Under the pieces are notes generated by a model that ran no database searches, was not told the origin of the DNA, and was given only the letters and a program-made list of their open reading frames with translations. The position numbers were made by a program, and so were the translations under genes. 64,000 nt of DNA from NCBI GenBank assembly GCA_035540715.1, contig DATLGA010000059.1, positions 458 through 64,457 on the forward strand, written 5' to 3'. This DNA is from Candidatus Limnocylindrales bacterium. GTDB lineage: Bacteria > Chloroflexota > Limnocylindria > QHBO01. This document shows positions 1 through 8,740 of the stretch, piece after piece. Within the stretch, counting starts at the first letter, position 1. Each line of letters begins with the position of its first letter.

Positions 1-2
1 TC

Positions 3-185
3 GTCACGACCCTCTGCCCCGGCGGGAAGGAGCGCATGGAGCGCCTGATGCGGATGGTCGAGACGGGTCGCTTCGACCCAACGCCGCTCATCACCCACAC
101 GTTCGCACTCAGCGAGATCGGCGACGCGTACGAGCTGTTCAGCAACCGACGCGACGGCGTGCTGAAGGTGGCGATCCGGCCATAA
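3..185 (+). CDS. Zn-dependent (medium-chain) alcohol dehydrogenase family protein, C-terminal fragment; 5' end lies outside the window
   Basis: The frame ending at TAA 183-185 reads VTTLCPGGKERMERLMRMVETGRFDPTPLITHTFALSEIGDAYELFSNRRDGVLKVAIRP*, which looks like an MDR dehydrogenase C-terminus. High GC3. Absent from the ORF track because it has no start codon in the window. Confidence 0.65.
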   Translation, partial: VTTLCPGGKERMERLMRMVETGRFDPTPLITHTFALSEIGDAYELFSNRRDGVLKVAIRP

Positions 186-213
186 GGCGCCGGCGCCCCA
201 TGACGTCCACCCA

Positions 214-246
214 CCGACCGCCCGTCCGCACCGAACGGGCGGTCGG
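214..246 (+). terminator. Stem-loop downstream of the ADH fragment; candidate intrinsic terminator without a U-tract
   Basis: Perfect 11-bp stem CCGACCGCCCG (214-224) / CGGGCGGTCGG (236-246) with an 11-nt loop, 29 nt after the stop codon. No T-run follows. Confidence 0.4.
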
Positions 247-318
247 CCGCGCCGCCGCCCCTGCCGGGCAGGATCGGTGGACACGGTACGCTGATCCCCC
301 ACACAGCCGGAGACCCGC

Positions 319-2697
319 ATGACGACCACCGCGCCGCGGTTGCCGAAGACGAAGCTCGGCCGCAGCCAGCTCGACCTCCTCGACGCCTACTGGCGCGCGG
401 CGAACTACCTTTCGGTCGGCCAGATCTATCTGCTCGACAACCCGCTCCTCCGCGAGCCGCTCAAGCCGGAACACGTGAAGCCGCGGCTCCTGGGCCACTT
501 CGGCACGGTTCCGGGGCTCAACCTCGCGTACGTCCACCTGAACCGCGTCATCCGCGAACGCGATCTCAACGCCATCTACATCACCGGGCCGGGGCACGGC
601 GGGCCCGGCCTTGTCGCGAACGCCTACCTCGAGGGCACGTACACCGAGGTCTACCCCGCCGTCACCCAGGACCTCGACGGCATGCGCCGGCTCTTCCGCC
701 AGTTCAGCTTCCCGGGCGGAATTCCGAGCCACGTGGCGCCGGAGACGCCCGGCTCGATCCACGAGGGCGGCGAGCTCGGCTACGCGCTCACCCACGCGTA
801 CGGGGCGGCATTCGACAACCCGGATCTCCTCGTGGCGTGCGTGATCGGCGACGGCGAGGCCGAGACCGGCCCGCTGGCGACGAGCTGGCACTCGAACAAG
901 TTCCTCGACCCGGTCACCGACGGCGCGGTCCTCCCCATCCTGCACCTCAACGGCTACAAGATCGCCAACCCGGCGGTCCTCGACCGCATTCCGCGCGACG
1001 AGCTCACCGCGATGCTCACCGGATTCGGGCACCGGGTGCACTGGGTGGAAGGGGACGATCCGGCGAAGGTGCACCGCGCGATGGCCGCCACGCTCGACGC
1101 CGTCCTCGACGAGATCGCCGAGATCCAGCGGCGCGCCCGCACGAAGCGCGATCGGTCCCGGCCGGCCTGGCCGATGATCGTCCTGCGGACGCCGAAGGGC
1201 TGGACCGGTCCCGAGAAGGTCGACGGCAAGCCGGTCGAGGGCCACTGGCGCTCGCACCAGGTGCCGATGGCCGACGTCCTCGAGAACAAGAAGCACCTGA
1301 ACCTGCTCGAGAGCTGGATGCGGTCGTACCGGCCCGAGGAGCTCTTCACCACCGACGGCGCGCTGCGGCCGGAGCTGGCTGCGCTCGCGCCCGAGGGCGA
1401 TCGGCGGATGAGCGCGAACCCGGTCGCGAACGGCGGCGAGCTGTTGAAGGGCCTCAGCCTCCCGGACTTCCGCGAGTACGCGGTCGAGGTGAAGCAGCCG
1501 GCGACGACCTTCAGCAGCGCCACCGGCGTGTTGGGCGGGTTCCTGCGCGACGTGATCCGCCGCAACCCGACCACGTTCCGCCTCTTCGGCCCGGATGAGA
1601 CCGCCTCGAACCGCCTGCAGGCCGTCTTCGAGGCGACCGACCGCACCTGGGTGGCGGAAACACTCCCGACCGACGACAGCCTCGCCCCCGACGGGCGCGT
1701 CATGGAGATCCTGTCGGAGACGACCTGCCAGGGCTGGCTGGAGGGCTACCTGCTCACCGGGCGCCACGGCCTGTTCAACTGCTACGAGGCGTTCATCCAC
1801 ATCGTCGACTCGATGTTCAACCAGCACGCCAAGTGGCTGAAGACGACCCGCGAGATCGCGTGGCGCCGGCCGATCGCGTCGCTGAACTACCTGCTGTCGA
1901 GCCACGTCTGGCGCCAGGACCACAACGGCTTCAGCCACCAGGATCCCGGCTTCATCGACCACGTCGTCAACAAGAAGGCCGAGATCATCCGCGTCTACCT
2001 GCCGCCCGACGCGAACACCCTCCTGTCGGTGGCGAACCACTGCCTCCGAAGCCGGCATTACGTCAACGTCATCGTGGCGGGCAAGCAGCCGGCGCTGAAC
2101 TACCTGCCGATGGACGAGGCGATCCTCCACTGCACCCGCGGCATCGGCATCTGGCAGTGGGCCAGCACGGACGACGACGGCAAGCCCGACGTCGTGCTGT
2201 CGTGCGCCGGGGACGTCCCGACCCTGGAGACGCTCGCCGCGGCGGACATCCTTCGGCAGCGCCTGCCCGATCTCAAGGTCCGGGTCGTGAACGTCGTCGA
2301 CCTCATGCGGCTCCAGGACGAGCGCGAGCATCCGCACGGCCTGCCCGATCGCGAGTTCGACTCGCTCTTCACGACCGACAAGCCGATCATCTTCGCGTAC
2401 CACGGATATCCGTGGCTCATCCATCGGCTGACGTATCGCCGGACGAACCACGCCAACCTCCACGTGCGCGGGTACAAGGAGGAGGGAACGACGACGACGC
2501 CGTTCGACATGGTGATGCTGAACGACCTCGACCGCTTCCATCTCGTCATCGACGTGATCGACCGCGTGCCGGGGCTCGCGTCGCGTGCCGCGCAGCTGCG
2601 GCAGGAGATGGTCGATCGGCGTCTCCAGGCTCGCGCCCACACGCGCGATCACGGCGAGGACGCCCCCGAGATCCGCGACTGGACCTGGCCTGGCTGA
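319..2697 (+). CDS. xfp: Xylulose-5-phosphate/fructose-6-phosphate phosphoketolase
   Basis: 792-aa ORF. Contains [38 protein letters not shown] and EGGELGY motifs, and the length is typical of the XFP thiamine-diphosphate enzyme family. GGAGA lies 6 nt upstream of the ATG. Confidence 0.95.
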   Translation: MTTTAPRLPKTKLGRSQLDLLDAYWRAANYLSVGQIYLLDNPLLREPLKPEHVKPRLLGHFGTVPGLNLAYVHLNRVIRERDLNAIYITGPGHGGPGLVANAYLEGTYTEVYPAVTQDLDGMRRLFRQFSFPGGIPSHVAPETPGSIHEGGELGYALTHAYGAAFDNPDLLVACVIGDGEAETGPLATSWHSNKFLDPVTDGAVLPILHLNGYKIANPAVLDRIPRDELTAMLTGFGHRVHWVEGDDPAKVHRAMAATLDAVLDEIAEIQRRARTKRDRSRPAWPMIVLRTPKGWTGPEKVDGKPVEGHWRSHQVPMADVLENKKHLNLLESWMRSYRPEELFTTDGALRPELAALAPEGDRRMSANPVANGGELLKGLSLPDFREYAVEVKQPATTFSSATGVLGGFLRDVIRRNPTTFRLFGPDETASNRLQAVFEATDRTWVAETLPTDDSLAPDGRVMEILSETTCQGWLEGYLLTGRHGLFNCYEAFIHIVDSMFNQHAKWLKTTREIAWRRPIASLNYLLSSHVWRQDHNGFSHQDPGFIDHVVNKKAEIIRVYLPPDANTLLSVANHCLRSRHYVNVIVAGKQPALNYLPMDEAILHCTRGIGIWQWASTDDDGKPDVVLSCAGDVPTLETLAAADILRQRLPDLKVRVVNVVDLMRLQDEREHPHGLPDREFDSLFTTDKPIIFAYHGYPWLIHRLTYRRTNHANLHVRGYKEEGTTTTPFDMVMLNDLDRFHLVIDVIDRVPGLASRAAQLRQEMVDRRLQARAHTRDHGEDAPEIRDWTWPG

Positions 2698-2707
2698 CCG
2701 CTCGCCG

Positions 2708-3823
2708 ATGCGGGTCCTCGTCCTCAACCCCGGCTCGAGCTCTCTGAAGGGCAGCCTCGTGCGGCTGCCCGGGCTCGACGTGGTCCGCGCCGCCGAGGTC
2801 GACTGGGGGACCGATGCCACCGCCCGGTCCGATCGATCCGCAGGCGTCACCGCGCTCGTCGAACGGCTGCTGGCCGATGACACGGCCGACGCCGTCGGCT
2901 ACCGCGTGGTGCACGGCGGCGCCCGGTACCGGTCTCCCGTCGTCGTCGACGACGCGGTGGTCCGCGGCATCGAGGAGCTGGCGACGATGGCGCCACTCCA
3001 CAACCCGGTGGCTGCCGAGACGATCCGGGCCGGCCGCGAACGTCTCCCCGACGTGCCGCACGTCGCCTGCTTCGACACCGCCTTCCACGCCACGCTTCCC
3101 GAGGACGCCTGGCGCTACCCGCTCCCGGCGGACTGGGTCGAGCCGCACGGGCTGCGGCGCTTCGGGTTCCACGGTTTGTCGGTCGAGTGGAGCGTCTCGC
3201 GAGCCGCCGAGCTCCTCGGGCGACCGGCCGACGGACTGGGCCTCGTCGTGGCCCACCTCGGATCGGGGTGCTCGGTCACGGCCGTCGAGGACGGCCGGAG
3301 CGTGGACACGTCGATGGGATTCACGCCGCTCGAGGGGCTGATGATGGGCAGCCGGGCCGGGTCCGTCGACCCGGGGATCCTCCTTCACCTCCTGCGAGTG
3401 GGGGTTGCCGTCGACGAGCTGGCCGACGGGCTCGACCACCGATCCGGCCTGGTGGCGGTGTCCGGTGTCACCGGCGGCGCCAGAGAGCTCGAGACCGCCT
3501 CCGCCGAGGGAGACCATCGAGCGAGGCTCGCGCTGGCGATGTTCGCCCGGCGCGCGGCGGCCGGCATCGCCGCCGCGGCGTCCGCGCTCGCCGGGCTCGA
3601 CGCGGTCGTCTTCACCGGCGGCATCGGCGAGAACTCGGCCTCGATCCGCGCGGCGATCACCGGACGCCTCGCCGTCCTGGGGGTGCCCCCGGTCACGGCC
3701 GCGGCCAGTGCGGACGCGGTGCTGACGAAGCCGGAGGCCCCGGTGCAGGTCGTGCGGGTCGCGGCACGGGAGGATCTCGTCATCGCGCGTGACGTCGCGC
3801 GCCTCATGGGCCGGGGAGCCTGA
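2708..3823 (+). CDS. ackA: Acetate kinase
   Basis: Starts MRVLVLNPGSSSLK. Contains FDTAFH, HLGSGCS and VFTGGIGEN acetate/propionate-kinase motifs. I trimmed the ORF-track start (2585) to ATG 2708, 10 nt after the xfp stop, since the upstream part overlaps xfp. Confidence 0.93.
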   Translation: MRVLVLNPGSSSLKGSLVRLPGLDVVRAAEVDWGTDATARSDRSAGVTALVERLLADDTADAVGYRVVHGGARYRSPVVVDDAVVRGIEELATMAPLHNPVAAETIRAGRERLPDVPHVACFDTAFHATLPEDAWRYPLPADWVEPHGLRRFGFHGLSVEWSVSRAAELLGRPADGLGLVVAHLGSGCSVTAVEDGRSVDTSMGFTPLEGLMMGSRAGSVDPGILLHLLRVGVAVDELADGLDHRSGLVAVSGVTGGARELETASAEGDHRARLALAMFARRAAAGIAAAASALAGLDAVVFTGGIGENSASIRAAITGRLAVLGVPPVTAAASADAVLTKPEAPVQVVRVAAREDLVIARDVARLMGRGA

Positions 3824-3927
3824 GCGCCGAAGGAACCAGGGCTCGAAGGGCCGGAGACGGGCCATCCGGCACTGGCGTCGGCACGTGACTCGGGGCGACG
3901 CTGACCGTCACGCAGGAGGGCCGAGCC

Positions 3928-4176
3928 ATGGAGCCGATGCCGTCGACGACCACCTGGATCATCTGCGGGGGACAGCCGCGCGCCGCGCTCGACGGCCGGG
4001 TCGCCTGCCCCCTCCGGGGAGCCGGGTCGTCGCTCGAGCAGTGCGCGTCGTGCCGCCACCTCGAATGGTGGCAGGAAGAGCGGGCGCGCGGGCCGGCGTG
4101 TGAAGCGCTGGCGCCGCTCAGCCCATCGGCGTCTCGGGATCCTCGAGCAGCGACCGGAGCAGGTCGAGCGGCGTGA
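3928..4176 (+). CDS. Small Cys-rich hypothetical protein (82 aa; C-x13-C-x11-C-x2-C)
   Basis: AGGAGGG lies 7 nt upstream of the ATG. GC3 is very high for about the first 62 codons, then drops where the last 59 nt overlap the 3' end of the convergent CBS gene. No family recognised. Confidence 0.4.
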   Translation: MEPMPSTTTWIICGGQPRAALDGRVACPLRGAGSSLEQCASCRHLEWWQEERARGPACEALAPLSPSASRDPRAATGAGRAA

Positions 4177-4540
4177 CGACCCCGACCGGCCGTCCGTCGT
4201 CGCCCACGACGACGAGCCGGTGGACGTGGCGCAGGATCATCTGCCGGGCTGCCATCGCCACCGTGGCGGCCGCGTGCACGGTGAGCGCCGGGGAGCTCAT
4301 GACGTGACGGACCTTCATCCGCTCCCAGTGCGCCCCGATGATCTCGCTCGAGTGGGCGACCATGAGGTCCGACTGGCTGAGGACCCCGACGAGGTCGCCG
4401 CCATCGACCACCGGCAGCCCGCTGATCCGGTACGTCTTCAGCAGCGTCTCGGCCCGCGACGCGCTCTCCTCTGGCCCGATGGTGATCGGGTCGATCGTCA
4501 TGAGATTGCCGACCCGCAGATCGGCATTCGCGGTGGTCAT
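4118..4540 (-). CDS. CBS-domain pair protein
   Basis: 140 aa with two CBS-like repeats (MTIDPITIGPEES...ISGLPVVD... and VRHVMSSPALTV...HRLVVVGDDGRPVGVVTPLDLL). Confidence 0.85.
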   Translation of the reverse strand: MTTANADLRVGNLMTIDPITIGPEESASRAETLLKTYRISGLPVVDGGDLVGVLSQSDLMVAHSSEIIGAHWERMKVRHVMSSPALTVHAAATVAMAARQMILRHVHRLVVVGDDGRPVGVVTPLDLLRSLLEDPETPMG

Positions 4541-4668
4541 GGCGAGGCTCCTTTCGTGCCGGCGTCCGATCGCCGGTCGGCACCATGGTCGGATGCCACC
4601 GGCCCGGCCGATACGGCCGAACGGCCTACCGGAACGGGACCCTCGTCACCGGTGCACGTCGCGGTGGG

Positions 4669-5082
4669 ATGATGCATGCGATGGAGCTGCACGACCGCGC
4701 CGACCTGCTCCGCCGCGTCAGCGTCGGGGACCTCCTACCGGCGCGAGCGCTGCGCCCTCGGCGCGCGCGAGTCCTGGACGCGACCGCCTTCGTCGTGCCG
4801 GGCGGGTCCGGCGTCGCGGCCTACCGGGACGACATTGCATCGGCCGAGGCGGAGCTCAGGGCCTGGGACGGCCGGGTCGTGATCCTGGAGCCGGATGGCC
4901 GCCGCGCGTACCGGCTCGTGATCGCCGATCGCTACGGGCAGGTGTACCACTGCGCCGATGCCTCCGACGAGGCCTCGCTGCCCCGTTCGGCGGAGCTCGT
5001 CGAGTGGTTTCGGTTCCTGGCGACCGCCTGCCCCGAGTGCGGCGTGATCGACGACCCTCGGCCCGGCGCGTACGTGCCCTGA
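4669..5082 (+). CDS. Hypothetical protein
   Basis: High GC3 throughout. Start placed at ATG 4669 (MMHAMELHD), since the ORF-track start 4585 gives an Arg/Gly-rich leader. Contains a C-terminal CPEC motif. No family recognised. Confidence 0.5.
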   Translation: MMHAMELHDRADLLRRVSVGDLLPARALRPRRARVLDATAFVVPGGSGVAAYRDDIASAEAELRAWDGRVVILEPDGRRAYRLVIADRYGQVYHCADASDEASLPRSAELVEWFRFLATACPECGVIDDPRPGAYVP

Positions 5083-5110
5083 CGCCGGACGCGTCAGCGC
5101 ACCAGGCGGC

Positions 5111-6511
5111 TCACCAGGCCGCTCGCCAGACGCGCCAGAGCGCCTCGGGATCCGAGAGGGGATCGCCATGGACCAGGAAGAAGTCGGCTGGACCGCCTTC
5201 GGCGATGACCCCCGCCTCGGGCTCGCCGATCAGCTGGCCGCCGCGCCAGGTGGCGGCGGCCAGTGCGTCGAGCGGCTCGAGGCCGGCGGCGACGAGGCTC
5301 GTCACCTCCCACGCGAGCTGGTTGGCTCGCAGCGACCCGCCGCCGAAGTCGCTGCCGGTGGCGATCGCCACGCCGGCATCTCGGGCGATGCGGACCGAGG
5401 CCACGGCCTGCTCGAGGCGCGCCTCGATGGCCGCACGACCCGTGTCAGAGGCGAAGCGCTCGAGCGTCGTCGTGTCGCCGAAGCTCAGCCATGAGCGCAT
5501 GACGGCGAGCGTGCTGACGAGCGTCGTGCCGCGGCGCGCCATCTCCCCGGCGACGTCGGGGTCGAGATCGAAGCCGTGCTCGATCGAGTCGACGCCGCCG
5601 CCGACCGCGGCCTGCGCGCCGTTCAGCCGGCCGGCGTGCGCGGCCACGCGCGCCCCGCGATCGTGGGCCGCGTCGACGACCCGGCCGACCTCGCTCGCCG
5701 TCCACGGCGAGGTGTCCACGTCCGGCCCGTCCATGTAGAGCTTGATCAGGTCGGCGCCGTCGTCGAGCTGGCCGACCGCCGCGGCGAGCAGCTCGTCGCC
5801 GGTCTCGGCCTCGACCGCGGAGCGCATCGGGTTGACGCCCCGCTTGAACAGCCACGAGCCGGCGGCGCGAAGATACGGCCGGTCGGCACGCCCGACCCAG
5901 CGGTCGCGGACTCCGAGCGCGATCGCCCGCTCACGGCCATCGTGCGGATCGACGCCGATCGGCGAGCCGACGTCGCGCATCCATCGGACGCCGGCGGCCA
6001 GGCCGATCTGCCCGTTGTGCTCGGCAGTCGCGACGAGGGCCTCCGGCGGGTCGTTGAAGCGCTCGATCCAGTTGGCTCCGCCCGTGCCGGTGACGTGGCT
6101 ATGGCAGTCGACCATGCCGGGCACGAACGTGGCCCCGGCGCAATCGATCACGCTGGCCCCGCCGGGATCGTCCTCGCCGTCGGTCGGCCGGATCCACGCG
6201 ATTCGCCCGTCCTCGACGAGGATGGAGACGTTGCGCCGCAGGGTCGGCTCGCGACCGTCGGCGAGCGCGCCGTCGCGATAGAGCACGCGACCGGTCGCGG
6301 GTCGCGCGGCGGGCGTCGGGTCGGCCGTCTGCTGCGGTGATGCGGTGGGCACGACGCTCGGGTCGCCCGTCGAGGTGGGCGGCGGCGTCGGCGACGGCCG
6401 GGGCGTGAGCGAGGGGATCGGCGATGCGCAGGCGGCCAATCCGGCCGCCGAGGCGACGGCTCCCCAGCGCAGCAGGCTGCGCCGGCTGATCGGCCCGGAG
6501 TGCAGATGCAT
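5111..6511 (-). CDS. Amidohydrolase-family metallohydrolase, predicted Tat-exported lipoprotein
   Basis: Twin-arginine motif SRRSLLRWG followed by lipobox LAAC. Contains the HxH metal motif (VDCHSHV) and later H/D ligand regions typical of the amidohydrolase superfamily. Confidence 0.85.
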   Translation of the reverse strand: MHLHSGPISRRSLLRWGAVASAAGLAACASPIPSLTPRPSPTPPPTSTGDPSVVPTASPQQTADPTPAARPATGRVLYRDGALADGREPTLRRNVSILVEDGRIAWIRPTDGEDDPGGASVIDCAGATFVPGMVDCHSHVTGTGGANWIERFNDPPEALVATAEHNGQIGLAAGVRWMRDVGSPIGVDPHDGRERAIALGVRDRWVGRADRPYLRAAGSWLFKRGVNPMRSAVEAETGDELLAAAVGQLDDGADLIKLYMDGPDVDTSPWTASEVGRVVDAAHDRGARVAAHAGRLNGAQAAVGGGVDSIEHGFDLDPDVAGEMARRGTTLVSTLAVMRSWLSFGDTTTLERFASDTGRAAIEARLEQAVASVRIARDAGVAIATGSDFGGGSLRANQLAWEVTSLVAAGLEPLDALAAATWRGGQLIGEPEAGVIAEGGPADFFLVHGDPLSDPEALWRVWRAAW

Positions 6512-6518
6512 CGGTCGA

Positions 6519-6878
6519 TTATCGGCCGATGCGCCCGAGGTGCGTATCGCGGAAGTCCGTCGGGAGCTTGAGCCCGTAGCCCAAAGACCGGTCCATCCCG
6601 ACGTGCGCCACGAGGAGGGCGCCGGCCAGCGCCAGCGGGGCGATGGCGGTCAGCCAGCCGACCGCCAGCGCGAGCAGTCCGATCGCGAGGTTGTGAACGA
6701 GGTTGTAGAGGAGCGCGCCGAGCCGCGGACCGCCGAGGTAGCCGACCATGGAGACGTCCGGCGCGAGCAGGAGCGGTAACAGCCAGAGCGGATGGCCGTT
6801 CAGCTGGAGGTACGTCACGACGCCGGCGAGGAACAGCGCAAAGGCCTCGACGCGGAGCACCAGGTCGACGCTCCGCAT
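6519..6878 (-). CDS. DUF4260-like small membrane protein
   Basis: 119 aa with 3-4 hydrophobic helices. The motif HVGMDRSLGYGLK resembles DUF4260. The start abuts the stop of the upstream glycogen synthase gene. Confidence 0.65.
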   Translation of the reverse strand: MRSVDLVLRVEAFALFLAGVVTYLQLNGHPLWLLPLLLAPDVSMVGYLGGPRLGALLYNLVHNLAIGLLALAVGWLTAIAPLALAGALLVAHVGMDRSLGYGLKLPTDFRDTHLGRIGR

Positions 6879-8090
6879 CTAGCGGCCTCGCCCGACGAGC
6901 GTTTCGTAGAGGTCGGCCGTCTGACGCGCGATCGCCGACCAGCTGAACTGCTCGACGGCCCGCCGACGAGCGGCCTTGCCCATCAGCGTGCGCGTCGCCT
7001 CGTCGGCCATCAGCGCGTTGATGGCGCCCGCCAGGTTCCGCTCGAAGCGGTCGGCATCGACGGGCAACATCGGATCCTGCAGGCTGAGCTCGACCGGGAC
7101 GAGCAGGCCGGTCTCGCCGTCGACGACGACCTCGGGGATGCCGCCGACCGCCGACGCGACGACCGGCGTCTCGCACGCGGCCGCTTCGAGGTTGATGATG
7201 CCGAACGGCTCGTAGACCGACGGGCAGCAGAACACCGCGGCGTTCGAGTACAGCTGTCGCACTTCTTCGCGGCTCAGCATCTCACCGATCCACGTCACGT
7301 GGGGCCGGTCGGCCTGCGCCGCGGCCACACCTGCCTCCATCTCGGCCGCGATTTCGGGCGTATCGGGCTGACCGGCGCAGAGCACGACGCCGATGCCCGG
7401 GTCGAGGTGCCGGATGGCCCGGACGAGGTGCACGATCCCCTTCTGCCGCGTGATGCGCCCGACGAAGAGCGCATACGGCACGGACGGATCGATCCCGTGG
7501 CGCTCGAGCGCGCCGGTCCCGGCGTCGGGCCGATAGAAGTCGGCGTCGATGCCGTTGTGGATCACGTGGATCCGCTCCGGCGGGATGGAGAAGTGGCGCA
7601 GCACGTCGGCACGGGTCTCCCGGCTCACCGCCACGACCGCGTCGGCGCTCTCGATCGCCGTCCGCTCGATCCACGAGCTCACGTCGTAGCCGCCGCCCAG
7701 CTGCTCGCGCTTCCATGGTCGCAGCGGCTCGAGTGAGTGGACCGTCAGCACCAGCGGGAGACCGTACGCCAGTCGGACGAGAAGGCCGGCCAGGTGGGTG
7801 TACCAGGTATGGACGTGCACGACGTCGGCATCCACCGGGTCGGCGACCATGCCGATGTCACGCGAGAGCGCCGCCAGCATCGGCCGGAGGCGGTCGTCGG
7901 CGCCCGTCAGATCATGCTCCGCCGGATACCCCTGGACGCGCCAGCCGGCATCGGTCTCGGCGCGCGAGCCGAACGTCCGGACGTCGAGCTCGATGAGCGA
8001 GCGCAGATGGCGCGTCAGCTCCGCGACGTGGACCCCGGCGCCGCCATAGATGTCCGGCGGGAACTCGTTCGTCAGGATGAGGGCGCGCAC
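6879..8090 (-). CDS. glgA: GT4 glycogen synthase, Corynebacterium/Mycobacterium type (GlgA/GlgM-like, alpha-1,4-glucan or maltose-1-phosphate synthase)
   Basis: 403 aa. The N-terminus MRALILTNEFPP.IYGGAGVHV and the C-terminal PS.YEPFG..NLEA.A...PVVAS..GGI.E motif match GT4 retaining glycosyltransferases of the actinobacterial glycogen synthase type. Confidence 0.85.
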   Translation of the reverse strand: MRALILTNEFPPDIYGGAGVHVAELTRHLRSLIELDVRTFGSRAETDAGWRVQGYPAEHDLTGADDRLRPMLAALSRDIGMVADPVDADVVHVHTWYTHLAGLLVRLAYGLPLVLTVHSLEPLRPWKREQLGGGYDVSSWIERTAIESADAVVAVSRETRADVLRHFSIPPERIHVIHNGIDADFYRPDAGTGALERHGIDPSVPYALFVGRITRQKGIVHLVRAIRHLDPGIGVVLCAGQPDTPEIAAEMEAGVAAAQADRPHVTWIGEMLSREEVRQLYSNAAVFCCPSVYEPFGIINLEAAACETPVVASAVGGIPEVVVDGETGLLVPVELSLQDPMLPVDADRFERNLAGAINALMADEATRTLMGKAARRRAVEQFSWSAIARQTADLYETLVGRGR

Positions 8091-8099
8091 GCGCCCAGC

Positions 8100-8546
8100 C
8101 TACCCTGCCCGGTCCCTGTACACGTCCGATCCCCGCTCCGCCGGCCGGGCGGCGTGGAGGAATCGCTCGATCTCGGCGAGGTCGAAGGGTTTGGCGACGA
8201 CCGGCGCCCAGGCTCCGATCTGTGCCTGCCGCATCGGGTGCGCGGCCGTGCACACGAGCAGCGGGACGCCGGCGAGTCGCGGGTCGCCGCGCAGCTCGCG
8301 GGCGAGATCTCCGCCTCGGCCGTCCGGCAGGTCGTCGTCGAGGATGAGCAGGTTCGGTGGAGCGGTGGCGATGGCGGCGCGCAGTGCCGCCAGGCGCGTG
8401 AACCCGCGGGCCTCCCAGCCGGCCTCCCGCGCGACCTCGCTCAGCAGCTCGAGCGTGGCCGTGTCGTCGTCGACGACGAACACGACGGGCCGATCGCCGC
8501 TCGGGCGGCGCTCGTGGGCTTCGACGATCCGCATGGTCCCGCTCAT
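8100..8546 (-). CDS. Stand-alone response-regulator receiver domain protein (no output domain)
   Basis: Contains VVDDD, LLILDDDLPDG (phospho-acceptor Asp), LLVCTA and AKPF (Lys). Start is uncertain: 8546 is preferred over 8573 because codons 2-5 of the longer form have low GC3. Confidence 0.8.
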   Translation of the reverse strand: MSGTMRIVEAHERRPSGDRPVVFVVDDDTATLELLSEVAREAGWEARGFTRLAALRAAIATAPPNLLILDDDLPDGRGGDLARELRGDPRLAGVPLLVCTAAHPMRQAQIGAWAPVVAKPFDLAEIERFLHAARPAERGSDVYRDRAG

Positions 8547-8712
8547 GACGCCCGGCCCTTGTGCAATCGCCATGCCCGAAACCCGGCGGATACACTGATT
8601 CGGGAGTCCTGGCGCCCATCAGCCGCCGAACGGGTGCCCGACATGGGTATCCGTGCCCGAACGAGGGCATTCCGGCACAGCGGCCAAGCGCTTCTCCCCA
8701 CGGTCCACGGTC

Positions 8713-8732
8713 ATACTCCCTGGGGGTATACT
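8713..8732 (+). promoter_or_regulatory. Imperfect palindrome ATACTCCC-T-GGGGGTAT overlapping a TATACT -10 box; candidate CsoR-type copper operator and leaderless copA promoter
   Basis: Arms ATACTCCC and GGGGGTAT match at 7 of 8 positions as an inverted repeat. TATACT (8727-8732) ends 8 nt before the copA ATG at 8741, and there is no Shine-Dalgarno sequence in between. Confidence 0.35.
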
Positions 8733-8740
8733 GGACGACC

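Noticed and set aside
139-2883. 914-aa ORF on the minus strand covering the whole phosphoketolase gene
   Set aside because: It is an antisense shadow ORF. The composition is dominated by Arg/Ala/Gly/Asp/Val/His runs with no recognisable motif. It exists only because stop codons are rare in ~70% GC DNA, and the plus-strand frame is unmistakably Xfp.
3789-4103. 104-aa plus-strand ORF overlapping the end of ackA
   Set aside because: It has an Arg/Gly/His-rich composition and no RBS. The neighbouring frame (3928..4176) has the RBS and the GC3 signal.
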